DNA from: Amoebidium appalachense
Lineage: Eukaryota; Protista; Ichthyosporea
NCBI GenBank assembly: GCA_963693365.1
Contig: CAVNZM010000008.1
Span: 10,255,172 to 10,319,171, forward strand
DNA: 64,000 nt
Direction of reading: 5' to 3'
Shown: in pieces, positions 14,441 through 55,173 of the stretch
How the letters are laid out: the number at the start of each line of letters is the position of its first letter
Numbering within the stretch: the first letter of the stretch is position 1
Program-made: the position numbers and the translations under genes
The notes under the pieces: generated by a model
Told to the model about the DNA's origin: nothing
Seen by the model: only the letters and a program-made list of their open reading frames with translations
Database searches by the model: none

Positions 14441-14882
14441 CCCCCCCCCCCCCCCCCACACACACACCCCCCACCCCACTCAATCTCCCCCTCCCTTCCC
14501 CCCCCCCCCCCCCCAAAAAAAATAAATAAATAAAAAAAAATAATAATAATAAACTCATTGCCTGGGCCCGTGGTGATATAACTCGGGGGGCCAACTTTTG
14601 ATTGGCCCTGCTCAATTCAACGTTGAATGCACATTACCTCGAGTCTATACCCACTATCAGGGTCCGCGAATCCTGTGTATACCGCCACTACTATAATCAT
14701 CTCAGATAGCTATTATCCGCTCGCATCATCATCATAGTGGCTCGACGTCATATGAGATCTTATTCCATGTGCGGACGGGTCTTCTCAATTCTCTCTCTCT
14801 AAGTTCCAACCCCTCACCCCCCCATTCCCCCCTCCCCTCTCGTGTGTCACGGTGTGTGTGTGCCACGGGTGTGTGTGTGACA

Positions 14883-14940
<58 letters not shown>

Positions 14941-15753
14941 ACGTGTGACATTGTGTGGTTACAGTATGTGTGTGTGTGTGTGTGTATGTGGCGTTTGTAC
15001 GTGTGTGTGTTTTTTGTGTGTGTGTGTGTGTAGTATTAGTAGCCCCCCCTCCTTCCCCTGCCCGGGCCCCCTCCTCAAGGCCTCCCTCTCGGCCCCCCAC
15101 CCCCTCTAGTTTCAATCTTCCTTATCATTGCCTTCTGCCACGGTATTCCGGCGGATCTGCTTTCAACTTGAATAGTGCTAGCTTGCTCTGTGCATCTCCC
15201 CTTCCCCCCGGTGGATTACATATTTGCTGAGTCGCGAAGAGCACTCAGAAGTGGAGAAATTTTTGACCGCGAAGCGGCCACCCGGAGGGGGAGGGAGGGA
15301 GGAGAGGGGGGGGGGAGGGATGGTCAGGAGGGGAGGTGCGGGCTGGGGGGGGGGGGGGGGGGGGGGGGGGGGGAGGGGGGGGGGGGGGTGCAGAATCCGT
15401 TGCTCGGGGAGGTTGAGCGAGTCCTAGAAGGCGTGAGACTGTGGGGGAGGAAAAGGGGGCAGGACAGGCCGGAGAGGGTGAATCTCAAAAGGGGGGGAGG
15501 AGGGAGGGCAGGGAGGGGGGAGGGGGGGGGGAGGGGGGGGGGGGGGGGGTGTTATTAGTTGTTGATTATATATTGCTCAGGTCGACTGAGTCTCGTCGTG
15601 GCCGGGCTTAGATTCTACGGGACAAGGAATTGAAGTTTGGGCTCAAGGCTGGTGGATGGGTCTTCGGGTTTGGATTTTTTTTTCTTCTTTTTTTTTTTCT
15701 TTCTTTTTTTCTTTCTTTCTTTCTTTTTTTTTTTTTGTGGGGGGAGGGCGGGG

Positions 15754-15801
<48 letters not shown>

Positions 15802-16309
15802 GGGGGAGGGGGAGGTAGGTCTATACGCCACCGAGCCCCTAGGCATAGAGGGATCGTCACATAACCGGCTAAAAAAATGCAATATTTCATAATAATTTAT
15901 CAAAGTAAAAACATAAAACCAATAACCATAACCCTATGTGTGTCTGGGCCCTGAATCGCTCTCCCCTGATTTTCCGTCATCGGATCGTGTGTTGTTCAAT
16001 CAGATGCAAGGCCCGGAACCTTTGGCGTATGGACTCATGTGGAGAAAGGGAGGGGGGAGGGGGGGGGGGGGGGGAGGCGGGGAAGATATGCGCTATGGAG
16101 AGAGGGAGAGAGATACGGGGCCGGGGGGGGGGGGGGGGGGGGGTTTCGGAGGGGCAGAGGGAGGGAAGGCTGGGGTTTTCGAAACAGTCATGTATTATAA
16201 AAGTCAAGTTTTTCTTTTGGGGGTCAAGCAGCTAGATTGACGGAAGCACGACTTGGCTACTTGCCATGACATGTAACCAAAATACTGCTCCAGGGAAGCG
16301 ATATTAAGG

Positions 16310-16340
<31 letters not shown>

Positions 16341-19300
16341 CTCTGAGAGAGCTTCGAAAATGACGTCGACATTCCACTACTTCCATGCAACACGACATTG
16401 TTTGTAAACATGCCACCTCCTTCCCTACTACCGAATTAACTGAGTTCCTCTCAAGACTTCCCTCTTGAGGTTCCCCCTCCGTCCCGGCTCCCCTCTCCCC
16501 CCACCCCCCCCTGCCCCGCGCACTGGCCCTAAATAATTGAACTTCCTCGGGGCTGTGACTATATCAGTGACACTCATCCATCCACCGGGGAAGACAGGAA
16601 GACAGGGAGAGAGGGGGGGGGGAGGAGGGGGTGGGGGGGGTGGGCTACCTGCTTGACTTTGGGGGGGTTTTTTTGTTGGTGTTTTGATCATGAAGAAGGA
16701 GTGGGGACGGAAGGATTGTGGTGGTGGTGGTGGTGGTAGGGCCTTTCAAAAATGGGTCGAGACGGTCCTCCCCCCCCCCCCCTCCCCCCCCCCCCTCCCC
16801 CCCCCCCCCCCCCCCGCCCCTCCCCCCCCCCCTCTCCCCGGGCCCTCCCCCCCTCCCCCCTCCCCTCCCCTGCCCCCCTCCCCCCCCCCCCCCCCCCCCA
16901 CCGTCCTCTCTGAAGGCTTCCCCGCCCCCGCCCCCCTCTCATCTCTGGCACTTCCCCCTTCCGGGCCCCGGGCCCCCGAGCCCCCCCGCCCCCGGGGGCT
17001 CGCCAGCGCCCTACTCACCCAGCATATTGTTTGATGGCAGCTGCCGAGTTTCCATTACAAACTATCCAGAGTCACTCTCTGCTTTGGGTTTTAAGGATGC
17101 AGTCAGAGCTTTTCTTAGTAAAATCACTGGCTTTTATTGAGTCTACTGGTGAATTACTACATGAGATATTTCAAAGTTAATGCAGGTCCAAATTATGCAT
17201 CATCATCTCCTTGACCCCGGCCGCTTGAGATTGGGCCTTAGTTACTGTACCAGGTTACTATATTAGTACTGAGACATATATGTGGATGATGTCATAAACA
17301 TAACTTGTGAACGGCAAAGCGCCAGAAGCCAGAGTGTTCAACGATTAGGTTGCAACATGTGCGACCTGATAATCGACTCGTTCTCCATCTTCTCGATAGT
17401 AAATTAGTAAGGAAAAGGGAAAGGGTGTACAAAATACCGGAGAAACTCAGGATACAGGATTTTGCCGGGCAGGGGAGGACCATAGTCATGTATGATACAC
17501 CACTTTGCTATCTTAGCAATACTACTCCAGGAATTGGTATGGGTTAACGGTTAAGCAGGCCCCAGCAATGATCTGCTGAATCATTGAAGGTTTTTTTAAA
17601 GGTTTTTCATCCCGTGTAAGTTTGTCCCCGGAGGGAGACACCTTGGGGCCTGCCCAAGAGTACTACCCGGCGTCCATGGGTTAAGTACAATCATTAGTAT
17701 ATTTAGTATATCTCATCTATATTAGTATATCATTAGTATATCTCACCCGTAACAAACCGTTCTCATACGAATCCCGGCTAACTCCTAATATTAGTATACA
17801 GTTAGGCCAGGGTTTTTGCCCCACTGCCTCGCTAATGGGGATGGTTTAATTGGAGTTGGACATGGAGCACACCCCCCTCTGCCTTCAAAAAAAACCTACT
17901 TTGGAGAAAACAAAGGGAGTCTCAGAGGTGGGAGAGAGGTGTGGGGTGGGTGGAATAGGAGATGGTGTGCCAACCCACAACTACACAACGAACCTATGCA
18001 AACAAACGCCCCCCCCCCCCCCTCCCCCTAGTCCCCCCCCCCCTCCCCCCCCAAACAAAAAAAAAGAGTGGGAGGGGGAGAGGGATTTCGGGGGGGGGGG
18101 GGGGGGGGGGGAGGACTATTTAGGGGGGGGGGGGGGGGGGGAGGATCATAGGATATGGCTCGCCAACCCACAACGTTAACTGTTAAATTCAAAATGAACC
18201 TGTGCAACCTATGCACATAAGAAAGACCACGTCCCCCGGCAACTGTGTGTGTGTGTGTGTGTGTGGGAGAGGGGGGGGGGGGGGGGGGGGGGGGCTTACG
18301 AAATCTTTGATCAGAAGACTACGATCATAGCCATCTACGGTACTATGATATCACTTGTTTTCGTGGATCTTTCTGTAGTCAATAGCTAGATGTGGCCCAT
18401 GTACCGGTGTAATGGCCTAGGAATACTCTGAATCATTACGTTACAGTTCTTGATAGGTTTAAGCCTATTTCATAAGGCCAAAAATAGAAGACCTACAGTC
18501 CGGGGGCCCCCAAAACCCCCTTCACTCAGCAGCTCCAAAGGCGGCGGCGGCGGCCACGGCGGGGGGGGGGGGGGGGGGGGGGGGGGGGAGGGGGGGGGGG
18601 GAGAGGGGGAGAAGTGGCGCTTATAGCGTCCGTGATTGTGAGGTGGAAATTTAGAGAGCCCAGTGATAATATTTGACCTATTGCAAGAAGAGACGCCGGC
18701 GGGTTCTCTTGTAGAGTATAAAGGTCGGCTGGGACCCATTTATCAATGACATCTCCAGAGTCCAGATTTCGGAACTTCATAAGTCAAAAGGGAAAAAAAT
18801 ACCGCTCAACACTGTCAATAACTGACCGGTGCAAAAACATTCGGTGACAGCCTGAAGGAGGGAGGCGGCCTGTGCTTTGTGTGTGTCGGGGGGGGGGGGG
18901 GGGGGGGGGGGCATATGAGGGGGGGGAGGGGGGGGAGGGGAGGGAACTTCGAATTGATCCTGAAAGGGATGTCGCATGCTTGGGCCTCAGGTGCAAATTG
19001 AAAAGAGCAGGGTCCTAGGGGTGGAACGTTGAGTTTCAGTGGAGAATAGCCTGATAACTTTCATTAACCTGCGTAAAAAAGATGAGGTTGGTGTGCACAC
19101 ACTCACCATCGGATCTGCGAACCACACCTGGATATCGATCGTCACACATGCACACAATCAATCTCGCACAAGCACAAGCTTAGAGGCACATAAGGCACAC
19201 AGCATTGTCGCGCAACATCGGTGCCCATGTTCACATCCAACTCCAAGTTGGGCTTTTGGGTGGCATCATGAAGAGGTCTCGCGTAAGTTGTGTGTGTACG

Positions 19301-19999
19301 TGTGTACAGTATGTGTAACACAACTCGTACGTACATACGCTACCGTGTCACAGTGACTCCCGGGCCTCCGGGTCGAGAGCTCTGGTCGTACGTGAGATGA
19401 CGGGATGGCCAAAAACATAATCTAAGGCTTCAATTTCAATTTGTATAGCTCAAATAGCGAATCAAAATGTCCCAATACAATAGCACCGTGATAAAAATTG
19501 AAATGTTACGGAATGCGCGATAACAGGTTTTATCAATCTTAAGAAATTCCAAAGGACTCGGCCTGCATGCAGCTGAGCTGACGTGCCACCGACAGACACT
19601 GAGCTTGAGTGCATGCGCAGGTGCAATGTGGAGTGAGGGAGAAAGTGTGATGTTTTTTTACTTTCTACTGCAGTTCTGAATGTTGTCTGGCTATTTTACT
19701 TGCTCTAGAAATCTCCTAAGTTTTCAGTCTTTGTTATTCGTAGTTTCTGAAAGGGAAACTTAAATAGGGCACCAAACTTGACTCCTCCTGACTCCGGCTA
19801 TCAAGACAGCGCTACAGTAGACTGGAGACGCTCAAAACTACATCGACTACACCACAACTTCCCCACATATGATTTGAATCTGTTTTGTCCTCAGTTAAGT
19901 AGCGATTTCTTTTTAGTGATAATGGACATGGGTGTTCTTTCTCGAGCATAGTAATTGTTCCAGCTTGCCCTTTTTGGGCAAGAACAGCGAAAGAAGAAA

Positions 20000-46566
<26,567 letters not shown>

Positions 46567-48587
46567 CTCCAAGTATGCATGTAGCGTGTTGGGCAGGGAG
46601 GCCCCTGGCCGCGTGTGACATGGGTGCAGGAAGTGAAATCGTGAATGACTGTTTCGAATGGGGTTTGATGTGTCGGTATGCGACGCGTTTTTCTTTTTTT
46701 TTTTAGCTTTTTAGTTTTTTTCTTTTTTCTTTTTTTTTTTTTTTTTTGCCCGTTGTGGAGAACAACACGCATGCTTGCAAACAAAACCAAGTATAGGCGA
46801 AAGGAAACGGGCTTTGTTTTCGCCTGTTTATTGTTTGACGTTGGCAATAGATTTGACTGTTCCTACAAATTGAAAATCATAATGATTGGGTCTTTGTGTG
46901 TTTGTGCCTTAGTGTTCGGGAGACCAACCGGGTCGTTTGCCGATGTCACAAATAGTAGAGCAATGTTTTGATCTTCAACATTTTCATATTGTGAGGTTTG
47001 CGTTCTAAGATGCCGAGATGTCTATTATTATAAGTGCTTGCTCCTTGTTCGTGTTTTGGATTGGCTTTTTTTTTGTCTCCTGAAAGTTGGTGCTTCATAA
47101 TATGGCTTCCAAGTGCGAAAGGTTTTTTCCCTCCTAGTTTGGGTCATAAAAGGCTTTATGTTATAGGGAAGATGCACGTATGGAATTGGGTCGCACCAAA
47201 GCTTCACCATTTCTGGAGGTGTCATCACCCTATCGGTTGAAATTTCTTGTTAAAACAGTTTGAAAGACGTGCAAATGGGGTTTTACGTACGAAGTGGCTG
47301 CAATCCCGAAAGATATAGGTATAAATATCTAATCGTCTTGATATACCAACTATACATATCATTGTGATAATGAAAAGTGTGCGAGAGCCTCTCATTGTGG
47401 CAATAGAACCCAGCTAAATTTGTAACATCTTTCTGTACGTGGTGGTATGTATCAGTTTTTTGTGACAGGCTCATGCGATGATAGTACCAATTGCAAATGA
47501 TCTTCCTGGTTCCGTCCTATTTTTCACCTTCCTTTTTTTTTCCCTTACGTTTTTTCGACACCGAGAGAAGGATGAGGGGGTCTAGGACCCCCCGGGGAGG
47601 GGGGGGAGGGGGGGGGGGGGGGGGGGGATTTCCGGGGGAACTGGGGGGAGGGACGGGGGGGGGGGGGGGGGGTAGCTTCTATTATAAGAGCGGCACAGGG
47701 CCTCTGAGTAGATGATGATGGAAAGATGTATTAGTCATAATGAGTGTGATGCCGGCGCACACACTTTGTGTAAAAACATGTTTTCCGTGTTTGTGGCTGT
47801 ATTGGGCAGTATGCGGCCCGGAGCCAAATAAACTATCGGATCCGATTGGATGGATGCGGTGATGTAAAATTTAAAATTAAAGTGTTTTGATGAAGCCTTC
47901 GGATTTGAGACGAAGTGTTGGTACACAACCATATAGGCGTGCACACCACTCTGCGGGAAGTTTTTGGTGTTTGGTGTTTGCCGTTGGATGAACGGAACTC
48001 GTAGTGTATATCATGATACTTTTTCTACAAATTGAGATTTTGTCAAGGTCTTGTATCTTGTACGACCATTTATAGAAAGCACTCCCTACTCGCTTGCAAT
48101 CAGCCATATCAGAGGCTTTGAACATAATCTAATGTCAACCCTCACGAGTCTGCCTATCAAACTTCCTTGCTCCCTAGAGCAAAACTTTACCCGTATCCGT
48201 CCCCTCTCCCTCCCCCTCTCACCCCCTCCCCCCCCCCCCCCCCCCCCTCTCCCCCCCCCCCCCCCCCCCCCCCCCCACCCCTCCCCCTGTCGAGCTCCCC
48301 CCTGGGCGCTCTCGTGCCCCCACCCCGCGCCCACCCCCCTGCTTGCTAGAGCCCCGGGGCCCTTCCCCCCCTCACCCTGTCCCTGCCTTCTCCTTCCCCC
48401 CCTAAGTGCTCTCCCCAACGTGCAATTGCAATCATTAACGTTTGTACACACACCATGCGCACATGTATGCCGCATGTACGTATGTATACACATGAAGTGA
48501 CCCATACCTGGCACGAACTTATCATGGCGTGACACAGTGTGCCATTCAATTTGATCACACACCCACACGCGCGTACGCACACTGTGT

Positions 48588-48633
<46 letters not shown>

Positions 48634-48985
48634 ACACACACGCACGTGCACACACACACAGCTACCAATCACCCACCGGGAGCCTGCTATAACGAGACTT
48701 AAAGCGCCATCATGTCAATCTCGGAGCCAGTCAGCCAGTCCACTCTCCCCCCCCCCCCCCCCTCCCTCCCCCTCCCCCCCTCCCGGGCTTCCCCCCCCAA
48801 ACACACACACACACACACACACACACATCCACCACCACTACCACCACCACCAGCCCCCCCCCCCCCCCCCCTCTCCCCCCCTCTCCCCCCCCCCCCCCCC
48901 CAAAAAAAAAACAAAAAAAAACGTGGGCATGTATACATACTATTTTTTTATTTTATTTTTTTTTCAGTGGTGGAGGGAGGCTCCG

Positions 48986-49041
<56 letters not shown>

Positions 49042-49508
49042 GCAGCTTCAAATAAGCAAAGAATTGATTGTGTTTCCCTCCCCTGGTGTTTTGGCCTGGG
49101 CCATCGGCAGAGGGCACCAAATTCAGACCGTACGCCAAAACTTTGACTCAGCAGGCTTCTCTGCTGCTACGAATCATATTCAGTAAGTTTTCAGTTATAT
49201 CTTTCACGCTGGCCAGTTACGTGATTGAGGGTGACTACGTAACTTATTAAGTATCAGTGCCAAACACCCCTGTTAGTAATACACCTTCGTGAGTCAAAAC
49301 AGCAACTTAAAACGGGCGCAGCCAGGCTTAATTTTGAGTCCCCGTATGAATACCAATGGCATCCTATTCAGGGAAAGAAAATAAGTTGGTACAGTGGATA
49401 GCTGCGGCCGAGTAGCCCTCAGAGTCCCACTCCAGCTACCCAAGCGGTTAAATTTTTCTAAGAAGGGTTTTTTGTGTTTGCCATTCGGGGGAAGAGGGAG
49501 GGAGAGAG

Positions 49509-49539
<31 letters not shown>

Positions 49540-51499
49540 CTCAAACATAGGACTCACACAGAGGCAGAGTGGAATAAGGTAGCTCTGAGTTCTTTTTACA
49601 CAACAAGCCACAACCGAACCTGTCAGTCGTGTGCCTCGTGATACACTACACTCCTCCCACAGGGAGGAGTTAACACGAAGATGATTCCGGCCGGCCGGTG
49701 GGACGGGGTTGAATCTGATTGGCTAATACAATAGCCTAAGACTAGTTCCTATTGGTTCACTGCCTGGGTTACCATTGGCTAATCCCACACCATACCATAT
49801 ATGGCTATCGCCGGAATCACTATATATGGCTATCCTCATACCATATATGGCTATCGAATCACTATATATGGCTATCCTCATACCACACATAGCTAGCTTG
49901 CTAGGTGCGGCCTGCAGTTTCACTACGGCCTCACGTGATGGAGTGGGACTTGCACTACAATGGCGATATGTCATCGGGGGGGGGGGGGGGGGGGGGGGAG
50001 AGGGGGGGGGGGGGGGTAGGAAAGGGAGGGAAGGGGGAGGGGGGGCTGCTTGAGGTGGTGGACCGGGGGACTCCCCCCCTCCCCCCCCCCCCCTCTCCGG
50101 CCAGCCACAGGGCGATTTTTTGGGGTAGATTGGTAGGTCCCCCCGGCATTCCCTTCACACCCCCCCCCCCCCCCCCCCCCTCCCCCCTTGCACCCTCCGC
50201 CCCCTCCCCCCTTCGCGGAGGGCGGCGGCTCCTTCGAGCCCACCTATCCCTCCAAGGCTCCCCCCCTCCCCTGCCCCCCCTCCTGCGGCCCGCCTGGCCA
50301 ACTCCCCATGACCACCACCAATAGTTACTTCCTCTCTTTCGCCTCAAACCAAGCCTTTGATTGGGACAGAGCTTACATGCTCAACATGTGGGTGCGTGTG
50401 CGCACCTGCAGCTTGTGTGCCATGTGTGTGGGGGGGGGGCGGGGGGGGGGGGGGGGGGAGGGGGGGGGAGGGGGAGAGCCAGGGAGGGCGTGGGAGCGAG
50501 AAGAGAGGCGGAGGGGGGGGGGGGGGGGGAGGAGAGGGGGAGAGGGCGGGGGGTGGGGGGTGGGGGGGGGGAGGTGGTCGGAAAGAGGGGGGGGGGGGGG
50601 GGGGTGAAGGGGGGGGGGGAGGACTACGGGGAGTAACAAAGAAAAAGAAAAAGGGACTTAGTACCAGTGGCACGTGTTTGTGCGCACATCATTATAATGT
50701 GTCACTACATGGTTAGTTGAGCATATCCCCCTGTGACAAGGCTGCAAGTGTGTGCGTGTGTGTGTGCGTGTGTGTTGAGAGGGTGGGGGATTCCGAAGCC
50801 GTGTCAAAGTTCAAATTTGCATGTGTGTGCGCTGCATGAGTCACGGTTTACTAAAACCGTTCTGGTTTTCTCCTGGCTATCTGTTTCGTGTGGCACTGCG
50901 TGACTGTGTGTATGTCACTCCGGCTCCGTGTGCACATGTTCCAGCGGAGTCACTGTGTGCGTGTAATTTTTGTTTTGTTCGTCCGGTGTGTGCACGAGGT
51001 GTGTGTGTGTGGTACAGAAGTGGATGTGACCGTCTGTGTGTGTGTGCTCATGTGTGTGTGTCACAGTGACACTGTGCGTGTGTACGCGCGTACCAACGGC
51101 GCGCACGTGTGTGTATGTGTGTGTGTGTGTGTGTAGCTGAGTCGGGGCTGGAGAGTGGGGGGGGGAGGGTACTCGTAGAGGGTGCCGGATTTAAAGTTGG
51201 CACACTGATGTTCAGCGGTGCCCGTGACTGAGTGAGTGATCCTTATTATCACAAGTAAATTTCGGCTTCTCGGGGTGTGTGTGTGTGTGTGTGTGACTCT
51301 GTGTGTGTGTGTGCTGTGCACGCGCCTGTGCCACACTCTTGTGTGTGACATTGTTGTGTGCCAGAGTGTACTTTACGGAGTTTGTGTGTGTTCTATTTGT
51401 GTGTGTATGTGTGTGTGTGTGTGTGTGTTGCACAATGTCATGACGAGAGTGTGTGTGTGCCAGTGTTTGTGTGTGCGTGTGTGTGCTGCACATGTGTGT

Positions 51500-51536
<37 letters not shown>

Positions 51537-51755
51537 ACGGTGTGTGGTGTGTGTGTGTGTGTGTGGGTGTGCGTGTGTGTGTGTGCACGCATGTGTGTGT
51601 GTCCCATGTTTATGAATATAGATGACACACACATGTGTGTGGGTGTGTGTGTGACTGTGTGTGTGTGTGTGTGTCAGTGTGTGTATGTGTGCACGACGTG
51701 GGCGCATGATAGAAAGTGACACTACGTAACGTATATACGCGCGCGTGTGTTAACT

Positions 51756-51851
<96 letters not shown>

Positions 51852-52191
51852 ATGTGTGCGTGTGTGTGCGCGCGTGTGTACACGTCGTGTATCATCGGAC
51901 AATGCCATGTGCACTCTCCCTCTCACACACTCATTCCTCTCTCACTGACTGTGGCACCGTGACACCGTGCATGTGCGTGACATATTGTGTGTGTGTGTGT
52001 CACACGGTGGGGGGGGGGGGGGGGGGGGGGGGGAGGGAGAGGGGGTGGGGGTGCACGTGGGGGGGTGAGAGGGGTGCAGGAGAGGCCCTGAGGAGGCAAC
52101 CGTTGACAGAGATTAATAATGGAAATATGGAGGAGTTGGGGGGAAGTCAATGGGTGGGTGGCCATAACGTGAGGGGCCAATGGATTCAAAT

Positions 52192-52224
<33 letters not shown>

Positions 52225-52749
52225 GCGACCGGTTTCACAGGTGACAGTCGTCAAGACTCGGGGTCGGGGTATTATTAAAATAAAGCACATACATTTGTAA
52301 TAAAATTATATTTATCAGGAGGTGGGCGTCGGTTAGACCTATACGTAGGGGCATGGGGGGTCGGATAAGCTTGAATCCTTCGATTTTCACAGTTATGACA
52401 CAAGTTTATATAAACTTTTCGTTGGCCTGCAGCTTGCAAGCCCGGACGACCAAACACATGATCACCGATGGTACCATCCTACACTCGTAGTCATAAAATG
52501 CTTCAAACAGCCGACGCCTAACATGTAGGAAAAAAGTGTTTGTAATCATACTATAGTGAGTAGTAATCATATTAGCATCAATTTTGCCACGTGTTTCACG
52601 GAGTTATGGCACGTGGTCAGGCAAAAAGATGGAAACTTTTCAGGGAAGCCTTGAAGTTGGGGGCATTTTTTCTTACTTACTCAAACGGCACGTGTCTATC
52701 TGCAGCTGCCCAGAACGTTGTTTGTTGACATCATCATCGGCCGGAAAGC

Positions 52750-53750
52750 TAGCCCAACCAATCAAATGCAATTCTGGAAATGGGCCGCAGACCAATCACG
52801 TTGCGAGCTCACATTTTGTCGTTTAGCGGCGGGGAAATCAAAAGATAGTGCCTCTATCCTATTGGCTCAGGGCCAAAAAATGTGGAGCCCCCCGTTGCCG
52901 ACGGCGTCGGGCAAGGTGCGGCACCGGCGGCTTCGTCACGGCGCCCAGCCTGCGGTGTCATGGACTGCCGTTCTCATTGACATGCTCCACTGTGTTCAAA
53001 AAAAAAGGACTTGTGTATGTTCTTCATATATTGTTATTATATTATTGACATCTAGCAATATACCTGTTTCGGCGGAAGTACTGTTAGCCTTCAGTCGAAG
53101 ACCGGTGATCGTGGCACAGCTCCCAGCTCTCCGGACAGCTCACACATCCATGAAAAAAACGTCGATAATCCTTTGATAAAGAGCTGGCCCACGTTCCGCT
53201 CATCAGTCAAAACGTGTATATTGCCATCCGACGTGCCTTTCAGAAGTCACAATGATTACACAGACTATGCAAATCTTGTATTTAACTAAACAATAACTTG
53301 TTTTCGAAGAAAATGAAACATCTCTGCAAACTCAATTCGGAATATGCAGATGGCTGTAGCAATCACAAAACAATGTTGCATGTGAACTTTGGAGTTGCCA
53401 ACAAGCTTTGGCAAGGGCAGTTGAAACTCCGGCCCTGGTGAAAATTTCTACCCTGTCTCTTTACAGGGTATCCTGTAAACCTTATAAGACAAAGGTGATG
53501 GGCTTGTCATACTTATAACTACATAACATTGAATAGGTGGGCGGCCGTGGGCTTTGTTCGTGCGACGCGTATACGCCAGGGCCTCGCAGTCGCGAGTCGC
53601 GATCCGCTGCCCACGCCCCACCGACGGGGCCACCCTTGGCCCTGAGGGGAAGCCTCCATTTATTTATTGCGAACAACTATTGGTTGCAAATCATGCGCAT
53701 AGATACGCGGTTTGGCTATCTGGAACTCAGGCTGTCTGATTGGATAAAAC
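52750..53750. promoter_or_regulatory. CCAAT clusters upstream of the kinase
   Basis: CCAATCA at 52758 and 52792, ATTGG at 52861, 53679, 53739; E2F-like GCGGGGAAA near 52828; ACGCGT at 53565. Confidence 0.5.
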
Positions 53751-54006
53751 TTTTAGCAGTTTCCAAATCGGGCGAAACGGTGCTTAGGGCTCTCCATATA
53801 AACGTAGGATTTGTGTGCGTTGACCTCACGTTTTCCTTTTCAGCGCCGAACACAAACGTTACCTTCCAGTGTCCAAGTTTTTAGAACGTAAAAAAAAGCA
53901 ACAGCACCAAACGAGAAAAAACAAAAACAAAGCTCATACAGTAGAGAAAGACGCCTAAGATATATGTATTATTATTAATGTTATCTCTGGTACACGAAAA
54001 TTTAAG

Positions 54007-55173
54007 ATGCAAGTTGCTGAAGAAGCAACAGCAACGAAGATGGCTCGTTCCTCCTCTTCCTCAACCTCCTCAATCACCGTAGGCCCAACGGTCAATCCCT
54101 TGTGCCTGCAGCAGTTCGCCCGCGTGGCAACATTAGGGTTTGGGGGCTTTGGAAGGGTAGATCTCTGTGTGCACCAACCATCAAATAGAATAGTGGTAGT
54201 AAAGGCCGCCCAAAGAGGTCCAGGTGAACATGACCAACACATACAACGGGAGCTTGTGGCTCTGCGCACTCTCGGCGGATCTGAGCAATTGAAACGTGCC
54301 CCGTGCCCTTTCGTTGTTTCTCTCGTGGGCTTCTGTCTCGATCAACAAAACGCCTACTTTGCACTGAATTTCGTTCCCGGAGGAGAGCTCTACTCGTACA
54401 TCCAAGCAAAGCCAAACGGCTTCTCTCCACGCGCTGCACGGTTTTACGCAAGCGAGGTTGCCGTTGCTCTTTTCTATATGCACAATGCCTGCGGCGTCAT
54501 ATATCGCGACCTGAAACCCGAAAACATCCTGCTCGATGCACAAGGCCACGTAGTACTCGTGGATTTCGGTTGCGCACGACCGCTGCGCCGTGGGGAGCGC
54601 GCACACACTCTGTGTGGAACGCCCGGCTACATTCCACCCGAGGTAATCAGGGGCGAGGGGCATGGGTTTGAGGTTGATACATGGGTGTTTGGTTGCCTCG
54701 TATACGAGTTGTTAACGGGCAGCCCACCCTTTTATGCCGAGAACATCCAGGAAACATACAATAACATTCTCCAGCTGACAGCCTTTGCCTCTGAGCACCC
54801 AAACATCGATCTCGTTGCGGCAGACCTTCTCTCCAAGTGCCTTAGCCCTGATGTGACGGTGCGGCCACAGATGGCGCAAGTAATGCTTCACCCATGGTTC
54901 GAAGGGACAACATGGGAGGACGTCAAGCAGAAAAGGCTGCCACCGCCTTTCCAGCCAGACATCATGGGGCCAGCAGACACGCGCTACTACGACATGGGGT
55001 GCAAGGTGGAGCAAGGGATCGGTTTGGAGTTTTTTGATTTCCCAGATTTTGACGAGGATGTGACGGTGACTGTGGAATGTGTGAGTGGGGAAAGCACCGA
55101 CCAGGAGTCAGACATAGAGATTGGTGGAAGGAGGGAGAGGCCTGTTGCTCTCCAGGCACTCCAGGTGCAGTAA
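54007..55173 (+). CDS. Intronless AGC-family Ser/Thr kinase, PKA-catalytic-like (388 aa)
   Basis: GFGGFGRV, VVVK, PGGEL, YRDLKPEN, DFG, TLCGTPGYIPPE, DTWVFG, HPWF, and AGC tail PPPFQP..DTRYYD..FPDF. Confidence 0.95.
   Translation: MQVAEEATATKMARSSSSSTSSITVGPTVNPLCLQQFARVATLGFGGFGRVDLCVHQPSNRIVVVKAAQRGPGEHDQHIQRELVALRTLGGSEQLKRAPCPFVVSLVGFCLDQQNAYFALNFVPGGELYSYIQAKPNGFSPRAARFYASEVAVALFYMHNACGVIYRDLKPENILLDAQGHVVLVDFGCARPLRRGERAHTLCGTPGYIPPEVIRGEGHGFEVDTWVFGCLVYELLTGSPPFYAENIQETYNNILQLTAFASEHPNIDLVAADLLSKCLSPDVTVRPQMAQVMLHPWFEGTTWEDVKQKRLPPPFQPDIMGPADTRYYDMGCKVEQGIGLEFFDFPDFDEDVTVTVECVSGESTDQESDIEIGGRRERPVALQALQVQ

Noticed and set aside
15300-18950. Poly-G/poly-C tracts as a G-quadruplex system
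   Set aside because: Ubiquitous across the window, and homopolymer lengths may be sequencing artefacts; no locus-specific claim is possible.
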